DNA from: Mobula hypostoma
Lineage: Eukaryota
Direction: 5' to 3'
DNA length: 64,000 nt
NCBI RefSeq assembly: GCF_963921235.1
Contig: NC_086097.1
Coordinates: 184,142,001 to 184,206,000, forward strand
Shown: piece after piece, positions 38,195 through 51,537 of the stretch
Numbering within the stretch: position 1 is the first letter of the stretch
Layout: each line of letters starts with the position of its first letter
Notes under the pieces: model-generated
Told to the model about the DNA's origin: nothing
Seen by the model: the letters and a program-made list of their open reading frames with translations, nothing else
Databases searched by the model: none
Made by a program: the position numbers and the translations under genes

Positions 38195-39118
38195 AATAAG
38201 GCGTGTACTTAGCCCACTGCTCAACTCTCTCAACACCCATGATTGTGTGGCTAGGCATAGCTCAAATACCATCTATAAATTTGTTGATGATACAACCATT
38301 GCTGGTAGAATCTCAGGTGGTGACGAGAGGGTTTACAGGAGTGAGATATGCCAACTAGTGGAGTGGTGTCGCAGCGACAACCTTGCACAATGTCAGTAAG
38401 ACGGAAGAGCTGATTGTGGATTTCAGGAAGGGTAAGACGAAGGAACACATACCAATCCTCATAGAGGGATCAGAAATGGAGAGAGTGAGCAGTTTCAGGT
38501 TCCTGGGTGTCAAGATCTCTGAGGAACTAACCTGGTCCCAACATATCGATGCAGACAAGACTGCGGCTATACTTCAGTAGGAGTTTGCAGAGATTTGGTA
38601 TGTCAACAAAAACACTCACAAACTGCTATAGATGCACCATGGAGAGGAACTACTGCAGAGGACCGAAAGAAGCTGCAGAGGGTTGTAAATTTAGTCAGCT
38701 CCATCTTGGGTACTAGCCTACAAAGTACCCAGGACATCTTGAGGGAGCGGTGTCTCAGAAAGGCAGCATCCTTATTGAGGACCTCCAGCACCCAGGGCTT
38801 TTCTCACTGTTACCATCCAGAAGGAGATACATAAGGCTGAAGGCACACACTCAGCAATTCAGGAACAGCTTCTTTCCCTCTGCTATCCGATTTCTAAATG
38901 GACATTGAACCCATGAAAACCTCCTCACTTTTTTAATATATATTACTTCTGTTTTGCACGATTTTTAATCTATTGAATATACATATACAGTAATTGGTTT
39001 ACTTATTTATTTTTTTCTTCTATATTATGTACTGCATTGAACTGTTGCTGCTAAGTTAGCAAGTTTCACGATGCTTGCCAGTGATAATAAGCTTGATTCT
39101 GATACTGAATCTGATTCC
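38195..39118 (+). mobile_element. Rex1/Babar-like LINE 3' part
   Basis: THDCVARHSSNTIYKFVDDTT and NVSKTEELIVDFRK; tail ctgattctgatactgaatctgattc. Confidence 0.9.
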
Positions 39119-41552
39119 TGAGAGCCCAGGAGATAAGCTGTATGTAGCAGAGAAAGGTCTCCAGTCGGCTTGGAATCTGTGCCACTGGACCCTGACCCCG
39201 ATCCGTCAGGGACTGTGTGGTGGCTGCCCCTGCAACAGACCGTGCATGTTAAGCAAAGTCACGCACGGGCATTCTCCACTAAGGGAATCCATCTTACCAT
39301 CCTGGATTAAGTTTCATGGCGATTAGCAAGTAGCAAAGGGGGTGGGATCGTGAGGTCTGGAAGCCCCTAGTCATGAGCTGTCACATTGGATAGTGGGTGG
39401 TTGGTGCAGTCGTGGACTCTTGGACTGAGGGAGAAAGGGCCCTTTGGCAGCTGCACCCATGACTGAACTGCCTTATTTAGGATCCACTCTGCTCTCCCCA
39501 CTAGGGGAAGGGGCTGGAAAAGGTGCTTTAAAAATAGCCTGCACTGAATCCTCCTGAATAGAATACTACATCCAGACTGAATACCATACGCAGCCAGAAA
39601 CAAAGAAACATAACCTTTGGAGCCTGGAGTGTGTGCACTCAAATAGATGCAAACAGAGATCAACCTGCGAGGAGAGCTGTGGTCATTGCCAGAGAACTGG
39701 TAGACAAAGGACAACTGTAGCAGGGGAAGGGTGGTTACACATTCTTCTGGAAACAGAGGGCAGCTAATGAGCCCAGGATTCATGGTGTTGGGTTTGCAAT
39801 AAATAAATAAATCTGCTTGTCAGTCAACTCACTAAACTTCCCGTGGGGTTCAGTGAACCATCCTGAGTACTTATGCACTAACTCTGGACTCACATGAATA
39901 TGAGAAAGAGACCTTCAAAGCTCGCCTAGAAACGGCATCCTCAAGTACCCCTAAGGAGGATAAGATAATTCTCTTAGAGGACTCCAATGCCAGGATTAGT
40001 TGGGACTTCAAATTTATGAAGGGCACCATAAGAGAGACAACATTGCAACATCAACTGAAGTGGAGTACTGTTTCTCACCGTATGTACTGAGTACTATCTT
40101 ACCTTTGCAAACACTCTCTTCTGCCAAAGAACAAATTCAAGTAATCTTGGCAGCATCCCCAAACTAAACAGTGGCATCTGATTGACTATGTTATTGACCG
40201 AGCCCATGACCACCATGATGTGCATATCGCAAGGGCCTTGATTGGCACAGATGACTTCTGAACAGATCATCGACTGATCGACTCCAGCATATCCATCAGA
40301 CTCATGACAAAGTGGAGGATTCATAAAGAACTGACCAGACCAAAATTAAAACTTGAGAGTCCATTTGATGCTGCCATGTAAGAGCACCTTCAGGCCTCCT
40401 TTGAAAAGCCTCCAACTGGAATAGCCAGAGGATATCGAAGAACACTGTGGATAGCATAGAGGACTAGTGAAGAATACAGTGAAATATACATCATTTGCAG
40501 ATATGAGCTGGGAAATGACAGGGTGGTTAATGTTAAAACCAGGGTGGAAATGGCAGTGAGCGTGGTTAGCCAGTCAAATGTGAAGTGCTGCACCTCGGGA
40601 GGTCAAATATAAAGAGACAGTCCACTGTTAAGATCCTTCACAGTGTTGATGAGCAGAGGGATGTTGGGGTCCATGTTCACAGCTCCCTGAAAGTGGATAC
40701 ACAGGTTGATAGGGTGATTCAGTTCAAGTTTAATTGTCATTGAACCATACATGAATACTCATGAATACAGCCAATCAAAGGAGTGTTACTTTGGGGTCAA
40801 GGTGCAAAACACAGTACCAACAGTCATACGCAGCACAAGGAACACACAAGATAGCAAGCACAATGGTATCACTACCACACAAAAAAGAGTCAAAAATTCA
40901 GGCCATCAATCCACAGACGACCATAATAGAGCCCATCTCCTGCCGAGTGAACACTTGGGCACGTACAAGACAACCACCCATACAGAATATCAATAAAAAT
41001 ACAACTACACAAAATATACATGTATATTATCCAGACCCCTATCTCATCAGTTGAGAAACATATGGCATGTTTGTTTCTATTCGTCAAGGCATTAAGTTCA
41101 AAAGTCAGGAAGTTATGTTGAAGCTTTATGAAACTCTACATTTGAAATATTGCATAAAGTTCTGATGGCCCCATTACCGGAAGAATGTCAAGGCTCTGGA
41201 GAGCGTGGAGATGAGGTTTACCAAGATGCTTCCTTGATTAGAAGGCATGTGCTATAATGAGAGATTGGACAAATTTGGGTTGTTCTTTGTGGAGTGGCGG
41301 AAGCTGAGGGGACGATCTGATTGAGGTTTACAAGATTATGAGAAGCATAAATAGATTAGAAAGGCAATATCTTTTTCCCAGGGTTGATATATCTAATACC
41401 AGTGAGAGGGGGTCATTTTAAAGATGTGAGAAGCAACCTACATTGGTGACTTTAAGAGATATTTAGATAGGCACATAAATATGATGAAAATGAAGGGGTA
41501 TGGAGATTGTGTGGGCAAAACAAGTTAGTTTAGTTAGCCATTTAATTACTAA

Positions 41553-42870
41553 CTAGACAACAGGGTGACCCATTGGGGCACCCTTTGAGAGAAGAGTAGT
41601 GCAGTCTGATGTGACCAGAATGAACATTAAATTTTCCTGAATGCTATTGGTATCGCTTTGCTTTGGAAATTGAGAAGAAAACCTCAGTTTATTAAAGAAG
41701 AACGATGCGTAGCAAGGCAAATATGGCTCCTCCTCATTTAACGAAGGACACTTTTGATGGCATTATTTCTGGTTGATCTGCCACCCTTGTGCCTCTCATT
41801 GTCATTCTGGAGACGTGCAGTCCTTTCATCCGCCGTCTCTTCTGCTGTTTACTCATTGTCTCTGATCTTGGAGATGTGCATTTCTCTTCTCCTTTGTCTC
41901 TTCCTCTCTCCTCATCCTGTGCCTGTTTTTGTCATTCTGGAGACATACAGCCCTTTCATCCCCCATCTCTTCATCTCTTCTGCTGTTTGTTGTTTGTCTC
42001 TGATCCTGGAGACGTACATTTCTCAACTCCTTTGTCTTTTCATCTCTCCTCCTTCTATGCCAGTTGTTGCCATTTTGGAGACGTGCATGCCTCTCCTCCT
42101 CTGCCTCTTCTTCTCTCATCTTTTTTGTCCTGACTCTTTGATCCTGGAGTCGTGTGACCCGGGCCTCATTCGATTCTTGTTCTCTCCCTCTCCTTACCGC
42201 TTCCTGACGACATTTGGCATCATCTCTTGACCATAATGTCCCCCTTCTCTTTCCACGTGGCATAATTAGGCTAACCATTTTTTTTTACCCTAATGCTGAA
42301 TAGAAGATACGAAGCACTAACACCAAAGCCTCCAGGATGCTGATTATTCTTGATGATGTGGTTGGCGCTCTCCTAAATGGACGTGATATAGTCACCGCTG
42401 TCTTTTGACTGCAACAAAGGGCTTTATGAGTGTCTCGAAGTTCGTCATTACAATAAGATTTAATTATCTCTTATTGATGGGTTTCAGTTTGATCTGTCCC
42501 AATCCTGCACATGCTGATGATGATTAGCAGAAAGGGAGTGCTCGAAATAGAACTGCCCTGCCCTTTTGCTCCAGTTGGTCTCGCTGCTGTGAGCATAGTG
42601 AGTCGCTCCTGAAGCTGACCGTGAGCATGCGTTGTTGTGTCGCGTCGCGGTTTCCTTCATGGCTGACATCGGCTTTTGGGTGAAAGCGGGGCTGTTGATT
42701 TTGGCAAGTGAGCAATTTTATACGAATATATAACCCTGAGCTTTGCCTGCATTCTGTAAATTAGCGCATTTTAAGTCAATTTAGCCAAAAATAGTGCTGC
42801 TGTAATGCACCGTTTGCACTAATTGGAGGTGACAAACAAACAGAGCATAAGAGTTTTAGTAGTATATAGA
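41553..42870 (-). mobile_element. Non-autonomous Helitron
   Basis: The minus strand starts TC (42870-42869) and ends CTAG (41556-41553). Subterminal hairpin agggtgacccattggggcaccct (41562-41584). Inserted between A and T with no TSD. Confidence 0.9.
41853..42278 (-). pseudogene. Helitron-borne ORF remnant with 23-aa R/E-rich (STPR-like) repeats
   Basis: RLQ/CLQ/HLQ recurs every 23 aa (69 bp), alternating QDQR and QN types. Confidence 0.75.
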
Positions 42871-43774
42871 TTTAATTGATTCAGCACAACATTGTGGGAC
42901 AAAAGGCCTGTTCTTATACTTTACTGGTCAGTGTTCAATGTTCTAACTCTGGGATCTGTTTAAAACCACATCCTCGATACCTGCAAAAATACCCTTAGGT
43001 ACAAGTCCAGAAAACATCAGGATTGGTTTGATGATAACAACGTAAATTGAACAACTCATCTCCAAGAAAAAGGAAGTCTTTTGTGCCTGGCAGAACGACA
43101 TCAGCAGCAAGGGCAAAAGAGGTGCTTAGTCCAGATCCAAGACTAATGTCTAATGAAGGGTGAGGGAGCTGAAGAATTCTTGGTGGACTGAGAAAGCCAT
43201 GGAAATCCAGAGACTGGCAGACTTAGCTAACACGACAGGCTTCTTCAGTCCCACCAAGTCCAAGTTGCTGCAGCTTAAAGGGCAGGAAACAGACCAGGAG
43301 GATATCAACCCCAACAACATTGCTGAACCAGAGGTTACCTAACCAAATCCTCCAGAGACCTGTGAAAGAAGACATGGGGGAACCGCCCAGTATGAAGGAG
43401 ATCTATGATGGCATCAGGAGCCGGAAAAGCAATAAAGCCATTGGTCCTGACGGAATCGCAGCAGAGAATCTCAAGGAAGATCGTCCAGCACTCTGGCACC
43501 ATATAGATGTCCTGCTCCTGAAGGCCTAGGAAAGGGAGCTCAGGGATACTCTAATAGTGACAATATTCAAGAAGGGAGACAAGGCAGACTGTGGCAATTA
43601 CAAAAGCATCTCTCTCCTGTCAACAACAGGCAATGTGCTTACACATAACCTCCCTGCCAACCCACTCTTTCCACTAGCTGAAGTAGTACTCACTGAATCA
43701 CACTGTGGTCTCTACCCATCTAGACCTGATCTTCACAGCATTTTCTCTTAAAGAGCAAACATCGACTCAGAGAT

Positions 43775-45490
43775 CAAGATGCCAGATTGTTTAATGTGAT
43801 TTCCAGTACGCAAATGAAAAGGAGAATGAAATAATTGTTACCTCAGATCCAACGCAGCATATAAAAACACACTAAGGTAAAGAACGCAGTAATAAAAGAC
43901 AATAAATATAAATACATAAGACACCTTATATACTTTGATTGATTATATGTACATAAATTGACATTAGGTATAGGAATGTCTGTAGAAAAGGTGACTCTGA
44001 TAAGGTCGTGGTGGTGGGGGATGTGGTAAAGTGGGTTACTGGGTAGAGGTGAGAGGTGTTGATCAGCCTTGCTGCTTGGGGAAAGTAACCATTTTAGAGT
44101 CTGGTGGTCTTGGCGATGATGCTAGGTAGCATTCCCCCGAGGGGAGTGGGACAAAAGTCCATGAGCAGGGTGGGTGGAATCCTTCGTGATATTGCTGGGC
44201 ATTTTCTGGCACCTCTCTGTATATACGTATGTCTTTGATGGCTGGTGCTGGTGATGCGTGGGGCAGTTTTGATGACCCATTTTAAAGCCTTTTTCTCTCC
44301 TGCAGTGCAGTTTTCCATATCATGTAGTTATGCAGCATGTTAGGATGCTCTCTACTTCACATATGTAAAAGATTATGAGTATTAGTTAGTAAGTTTGCTG
44401 ATGACACAAAAGTTGGGGGTGTTGTGGATAGTCTGGAGGGTTGTTAGAGGTTATAGTGGGACATCGATAGGATGCAGAACTGGGCTGAGAAGTGGCAGAT
44501 GGAGTTCAACCCAGATAAGTGTGAATTGGTTCATTTTGGTAGGTCAAATCTGAAGACAGAATATAACATGAATGGTAAGACTCTTGGCAGTGTGGAAGAT
44601 CAGCGAGATCTTGTGGTCTATGACCATAGGACACTCAAGGCTGCTGTGCTGGTTGACAGTGTTGTGAACAAGGCGTATGGTGTGTTGGCCTTCATCAACC
44701 GTGGGATTGAGATCAAGAGCCATGAAGTAATCTTACAGCTATATAAGACCTTGGTCAGACCCCACTTGGAGTACTGTGTTCAGTTCCAGTCACCTCATTA
44801 CAGGAGGGATGTGGATACTATGGAGAGAGTGCAGAGGAGATTTACAAGGATGTTGCCTGGATTGAGGAGCATGCCTTATGAGAACAGGTTGATTGAACTT
44901 GGCCTTTTCTCCTTGGAGTGATGGAGGATGAGAGGTGACTGATAGAGGTGTGTAAGATGATGAGAGACATTGATCATGTGGATGGTCAGAGGCTTTTTCC
45001 CAGGGCTGAAATGTCTAACACGAGGAGACAGTTTTAAGGTGCTTGGAAGTAGCACCAAGGAGAAGTCAGGGGTAGGTTTTTCACACTGAGAGTGGTGAGT
45101 GCATGGAATACACTGCCGGTGGCAATGGTGGGGGTGAATACAATGGGGTCTTTTAAGAGACTCTTAGATAGGTACATGGAGCTTAGAAAAATAGAGGGTT
45201 ATGCGGTAGGGAGATTCTAGGCAGTTTCCAGAGTAGGTTACAATATTATGGGCCAAAGAGCCTGTAATTTGCTGTAGATTTCTATGTTTCTATCGATGTG
45301 CAATAGCTCTCTTCAGCCTCCTCAGAAAGTAGAAGCATTGGTGAGTTTCTTGATTGTGTAGGATGTGTTCTGGGATGATGAGAGGTTGTGGACGATGAGC
45401 AAGTGTACAGCAGTGGGTTCAGCACACAGCCCTGAGAGGGACCTTTGCTGAGCATGATGGGAGGGAAGAGCAGTTCTGCATCCTGACTAT
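43775..45490 (-). mobile_element. Rex1-like 3' fragment split by a CR1
   Basis: NCTAGEKKALKWVIKTA; pieces at 43775-44383 and 45293-45490. Confidence 0.7.
44385..45292 (+). mobile_element. CR1 3' end
   Basis: KFADDT and ORF 44472..44921; tail ttctatgtttctat. Confidence 0.93.
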
Positions 45491-45599
45491 CTGAGGTCTA
45501 AATCACCATCTGAGTAGTTCTTGTGGTTCCTATGCAAGAATAAGGAAAAGAGCCTTTGAAGATCATGACCTACAGGTCCAAACAAAACTTTGGGTTTAT

Positions 45600-48500
45600 A
45601 GAGTATGGAACCTTCGATCACCTACAATGCATGGAGTTTAAGAAATAAGGTAGATGATCTTGTTGCATTTTTACAGATTGTCAGGTATGGTGTTGTGACC
45701 ATCACGGAATCCTGGCTGAAGGATGGTTGTAGTTGGAAGATGAATGTCCAAGGTTATACATTGTATTAGAGGCATAGGAAGATAGGCAGAGGGGGTGGTG
45801 TGGCTCTGTTGGTAAAGAATGGCATCAAATCATTAGAAAGATGTCACATGGGATTGGAAGATATCAAATCCTTGTGGGTTGAGTTAAGAAACTGCAAGGG
45901 TAAAAAGACCCTGATGGCAGTTATATACAAGCCCCAAAACAGTAGATGGGATGTGGACTACAGATTGCAATGAGAAGTAGAAAAGGCATGTCAAAAGGGC
46001 AATGTTATGATCGTCATGCAGGTAGATTGGGAAATCAGGTTGGCAATGGATCTCAAAAGAGTGAATTTGTTGAATGCGTAGGAGATGGCTTTTTCAAGCA
46101 GCCTGTTGTTGAGCCTAATAGGGGATCAGCTATACTGGCTTGGGTGTTATGTAATGAACCAGAGGTGATTAGGGAATTTAGGAGTAAATTATCACACTAT
46201 GATTGAGTTCAACTTGAAATTTGATAGGGAGAAAGTAACATAGTAGTATACTTTATACTTTATACTTTATTGTCGCCAAACAATTGGTACTAGAACGTAC
46301 AATCATTACAGCAATATTTGATTCTGCGCTTCACACTCCCTGGATTACAAATATTAAATATTAAAAATACTAAAAATAGTTAAAATTAGTAAATATTAAA
46401 AAATTTAATTATAAATCATAAATAGAAAATAAAAAAATGGGAAGTAAAGTAGTGCAAAAAAAAACCGAGAGGCAGGTCCAGATACTTGGAGGATACGGCC
46501 CAGATCCCAGTCAGTATTTTGATGGAGTAAAGGAAATTATAGTGATATGAGAGAGGAATTGGCCAAAGTACATTGGAAGGAGATGCGGGCAGGGATGACA
46601 GCAGAGTAGCAATGGCATGAGTTTCTGGAAAAAATGAAGAAGGTGCAGGATAGATGTATTCCAAAAATAAAGAAATACTCAACTGGCAAAATAGTACAAC
46701 TGTGGCTGACAAGGGAAGTCAAAGTTAATGTAAAAGCAAAAGAAAAGGCATACAACAAAACAAAAATTAACAGGAAGATAGAGGATTGAGAAACCTTTGA
46801 AAAACTACAGAGAGCAACTAAAAGAATCATTAGGAGGGTAAAGATGAAATACGAAAGCAAGCTAGAAAACAGTATCAAAGTGGATAGTGAAAGCTTTTTC
46901 TAGTATATAAAAAATAAAAGAGACATGAGAGTGGATATAGGACCACTAGAAAATGAGGCCAGAGAAATAATATCAGGGGATAATGGCAGATGAACTAAAT
47001 GAGTATTTTCCTTCAATCATCATTGTGAAAGACACCAGCCGTGTGCCAGGTGTTGAAGACTGTGAGGGAAGAGGAGGAAGTGCTGTCACTATTATAAGGG
47101 AGAAGGTGCTCAAAAAGCTGAAAGATGTAATGTACATAAGTCACTCAGAATAGATGAACTGCACCCTAGGGTTCTGAAAGAAGTAGCGATAGAGATAGTG
47201 AAGGCATTAGTAATGATCTTTCAAGAATCATTGGACTCTGGCATGGTACCAGAGGACTGAAAAATTGCAAATGACCTTCCACTCATTCAGAAAGGAAGGA
47301 GTCAACATATAGACCAGTTAGCCTGACCTCAGTGGTTGGGAAGGTGTTGAAATCAATTGTTAAGGATGAGGTTATGGAATACTTGATGACACAGGGACAA
47401 AGTCAGCATGGTTTCCTTAAGGGAAAATTTTGCTGATGAACCTGTTGGAATTTTTTGAGGAGATTACAAATAGGATAGATAAAGGGAATGTAGTGGATGT
47501 TGTACATTTGGACTTTCAGAAGGTCTTTGACAAGTTGTCACAATGAAGCTTCTTACCAAGTTAAGAGCCCATGGTATTACAGGAAAGTTACTGGCATGGT
47601 TAGAGCATTGGCTGTTTGGTAGGAGACAACACGTGAGAATAAAAGGATCCTTGTCTGGTTAGCTGCCAGTGACTGGTGGTGTTCAGCAGTATTGGGACCA
47701 CTTCCTTTTATGCTGAAATAGGTGGCTTTGTTGCCAAGTTTGGAGATTATACAAAGATCGGTGGAGGGGTAAGTGGTGTTGAGGAAATACGAAGGCAGCA
47801 GACAAACTTGCAGACAGATTAGGAGAATGGACAACAAAGTGGCAAATGAAATACAATGTTGGAAAACGCATGTTCATGCAGTTTTGTAGAAGGAATAAAT
47901 GCTCAAACTATTTTCGAAACGGGGAGAAAATCCAAAAATCTGAGATGCAAAGTGATTTGGAAGTCCTTGTGCAGAACACCCTAAAAGTTAACTTTCAGGT
48001 TGAGTCAGTGGTGAGGAAGGCAAATGCAATGTTAACATTTGTTTCAAGGGGTCTAGAATATAAGAATAGGGATGTGATGCTGAGGTTTTATAAGGCTTTG
48101 GTGAAGACTCAGCTTGAGTATTATGAACAGTTTTGAGCTCCTCATCTAAGAAAAGATGTACTGGCATTGGAGAGAGTTCAGAAGTTGTTCGCAAAGATGA
48201 TTCTCTGAATGAAAGTGTTATCATATGAAGAATGTTTGATGGCTCTGTGCCTGTACTCGCTGGAATTTAGAAGGATGGTGGGGGGGGGGATCTCATTAAA
48301 ATCTTTCAAATGTTGAAAGGCCTGGACAGAGTAGATGTGGAAAGGATGTTTCCAAAAGTAGGGGAGTCTAGGACAAGAGGGTACATCTTCAGGATAGAGG
48401 GGCATCCATTTAAAACAGAGATGTGGAGAAATTTCTTCAGCCAGAGGATGGTGAATTTGTGGAATTTGTTACCACAGGCGGCTATAGAGGCCAGGTCACT

Positions 48501-48700
48501 GGGTGTCTTTACAGTAGAGTTTGATGGGTTCTTGATTGGCTACAGCATCAAAGGATATTGGGAGCAGGCCAGGGAGTGGGTGGGTGGGGGGGCGCGGTTA
48601 AAAAGGTCAGCCGTGATTGAATGGTGGAGCAGACTCAATGGGCCAAATGGCCGAACTCTGTTCCTATGCCTTCTAGTCTTATGGTCTTATGGTCTTACAA
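45600..48700 (+). mobile_element. CR1 ORF2 (APE and RT), decayed
   Basis: Collinear APE, RT and C-terminal fragments; tail (cttatggt)n. Confidence 0.92.
46247..46507 (-). mobile_element. 3' tail of a young Rex1-like family
   Basis: Close reverse complement of 50837-51100. Confidence 0.88.
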
Positions 48701-49434
48701 TAGCCACCTGAATGACCTGAAACAACAGTACTAAAGATCCTTACAAAGTATTTTGAGGATCATCTGGAAGGACAGATGCACGACCAGCAGCATACTGCAA
48801 TAGGCCGACAGGAGCAGCATCTCCACCATGATAAAGCAACACTAACACTGATGGGAAAGTCATGTCATCCGGATGCCTAACTTACATCTCCCCAAACTCA
48901 TCCTTTTTTCCCAGTTGAAGGAAGATCAACAGGCCCCTGGTGGGCAAAGAAAACACCTCAAAGATAGCACCAAAATCAGCCTGAAGAAATTCAACATTAC
49001 ATCTAAAAACTGGGAAGGCATTATACCTGGAGGAAATCTGTTCAAGAGGGAGCTGTGCTAGATGAGAACAAGCAGCAGCTGCAAAAGGAGAGACCGAACA
49101 ACCAAAGGACCCAGCTACTAACCAGAGCCTCCACTTACTCACGTCCACACTGCATTTTAATATACGTATCCTGGATTGGCCTTCACAGCCATCTGAGGAC
49201 CAACCAACAGACAACCTCAAAGGAGAACATCATGTTTGACTCAAGTGATTGCACTATTACCACAGTCAGTACTGTTATGTGATAAATGCTGGAGTCAGTT
49301 TACACACAATAGGGTCCTGTAACCAGAAATTAATTGACCAAGTTGAGTAGTGAACAGTGAGATAATACCATAGAATTTCTTATGCTCACATGAAATGATA
49401 AAAGATGCTTTATTTTAGCATCACTTCTGAAAGT

Positions 49435-51100
49435 GATTCATCCCTCCGGATGAACCGGACCTGGTGGCATCAAGATTCATCGTCACCGAGGAGGACGTTA
49501 GAAGGGCGTTCCTGAAGATAAATCCAAGGAAGGCGACGGGCCCAGATGGCGTCCCGGGACGGATTCTCCGGGCCTGTGTAAGTCAGCTAGCTGGAGTGTT
49601 TGCTGACATCTTCAACTTCTCCTTGCTTCAGTCTAAGATCCCCTCGTGTTTTAAGAAGGCAACGATAATCCCAGTGCCGAAGAAGAGCAAGGTGGCATGC
49701 CTGAATGACTATCGACCTGCGGCTCTGACATCAATTGCTATGAAGTGCTTCGAGAGATTGGTTATGGCACACATCAACCACAGCCTACCGGTCAACCTCA
49801 ATGCTTTGCAATTCGCCTACTGGAGCAACTGGTCAACGGCAGGTACCATCTCTCTGGCCCTACATTCCTCCTTAGAACACCTGGAGAATAAAGACACATA
49901 TATAAGGCTCCTTTTCATTGACTACAGCTCTGCCTTTAATACCATCATTCCAAATAAACTGATTCCTAAGATCCGGAACCAAGGCCTTAGCACTCAGATC
50001 TGCAGCTGGATCTTCAACTTCCTCACAGACAGGACCCAGGCTGTAAAACTAGGGGACAAGCTCTCCTCTATAATCACTCTGAGCACCGGTGCCCCACAAG
50101 GCTGTGTACACCCATGATTGTGTAGCCAAGTTTCCATCAAAATCAATATATACGTTTGCTGATGACACAACAATTGTAGGCTGTATCTTGGGTAATGATG
50201 AGTTTGAGAACAGAGAGGAAATTAAGAACCTGGTGGCATGGTGCGAAGACAATAACCTATCCCTCAACGTCAGCAAGATGAAGGAATTGGTTGTTGACTT
50301 CAGAAGGATCAGCAGACCGCATGACCCAATTTACATCAGTGGTGCGCAAGTGGAACAGGTCAAAAGTTTTAAGTTCCTTGGGGTCAATATCACAAATGAC
50401 CTGACTTGATCCAACCAAGCAGAGTTCACTGCCAAGAAGGCCCACCAGCGCCTTTACTTCCTGAGAAAATAAAGAAATTTGGCCTGTCCCCTAAAACCCT
50501 CACTAATTTTATAGATGCACCGTAGAAAGCATTCTTCTAGGGTGCATCACAACCTGGTATGGAAGTTGTCCTGTCCAAGACCGAAAGAAGCTGCAGAAGA
50601 TCGTGAACACAGCGCAGCACATCACACAAACCAATCTTCCGTCTGTGGACTCACTTTACACTGCATGCTGCCGGAGTCGTGTTGCCAGGATAATCAAGGA
50701 CACAACCCACCGAGCCAACACACTTTTTGTCCCTCTTCCCTCCGGGAGAAGGTTCAGGAGCTTGAAGACTCGTACGGCCAGATTTGGGAACAGCTTCTTT
50801 CCAACTGTGATAAGACTGCTGAATGGATCTTGACCCGGATCTGGGCAGTACCCTCCAAATATCCAGACCTGCCTCTCGTTTTTTTTTTGCACTACCTTAC
50901 TTGCCATTTTTCTATTTTCTATTTATGATTTATAATTTAAATTTTTAATATTTACTAATTCTAACTATTTTTAATATTTATAATATTTAATATTTGTAAT
51001 CCAGGGAGTGTGAAACGCAGAATCAAAATCGTTGTGATGATTGTACGTTCTAGTACCAATTGTTTGGCGACAATAAAATGTAAAGCATAGAGTATAAAGT
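49435..51100 (+). mobile_element. Relatively young 5'-truncated Rex1/Babar LINE (RT)
   Basis: ORF 49464..50117 (KATGPDGVP, NDYRP, FIDYSSAFNT, GAPQGC) and FADDTT in 50089..50409; CpG-rich. Confidence 0.93.
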
Positions 51101-51211
51101 AAAAAAAACCATGGACTGGATCTCATATGCCAATAGCTAGCGATTTATTGTGAATGGCAACATCTGTCATCTCACCAGTAAGTACAATAGTGGAGCAGAG
51201 TCCCTGATGAA

Positions 51212-51401
51212 ATTGCTGGCCGACCTGCTGAGTTCCTCCAGCGTGTTGGGAAATCCTTCCCACCCTCCCCCCACCTTCTTTATAGGGCTTCTGCCCCTTC
51301 CCTCTTCAGTCCTGACGAAGGGTTCCGGCCCAAAACGTTGACTGATCGTTTCCACGGATGCTGCCCGACCTGCTGAGTTCCTCCAGCATGTTGTGAGTGT
51401 T
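51212..51401 (+). mobile_element. Short PLE tail insertion with partial direct repeat and mutated HHR (51308-51343)
   Basis: TSD tccctgatgaa / tccccgatgaa (51201-51211, 51402-51412). The segment ccgacctgctgagttcctccagc is present twice. Confidence 0.8.
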
Positions 51402-51537
51402 TCCCCGATGAAGGGGTCCAGATGCATTTCACATCTGACACTGAGGGTTACGCTATAGAGGAAAAGACTGCATCATCACTGGTTTGAATCATTTACTGAC
51501 TTGCTAGCTCTGTGGAAATAGGTAAACCCTTTACATA

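Larger units (their letters stand above)
40490..42945 (+). mobile_element. CR1 3' part, interrupted by a Rex1-like tail (~40720-41045, minus) and a Helitron
   Basis: CR1 nucleotide motifs; the 3' UTR rejoins across the Helitron (tttaattactaa|tttaattgattcagcacaac). Confidence 0.82.
39130..49265 (+). mobile_element. Fragmented RTE (BovB-like) LINE; pieces at ~39130-40450, 42945-43770, 45490-45600 and 48710-49265
   Basis: APE-like start (YTFFW/HGVGFAI-like at 39735-39800), RELKNSWW, KAIGPDGI, IFKKGDKADCGNYKSISLL and LPKLILFSQL..GGQRKHLKD occur in collinear order. Confidence 0.8.

Noticed and set aside
41780..42170. CRISPR-like array
   Set aside because: These are tandem coding repeats without unique spacers, in a eukaryotic context with no cas genes.
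41754..42230. Hydrophobic 158-aa plus-strand ORF resembling a membrane protein
   Set aside because: It is the antisense shadow of the purine-rich 69-bp repeats in the Helitron.
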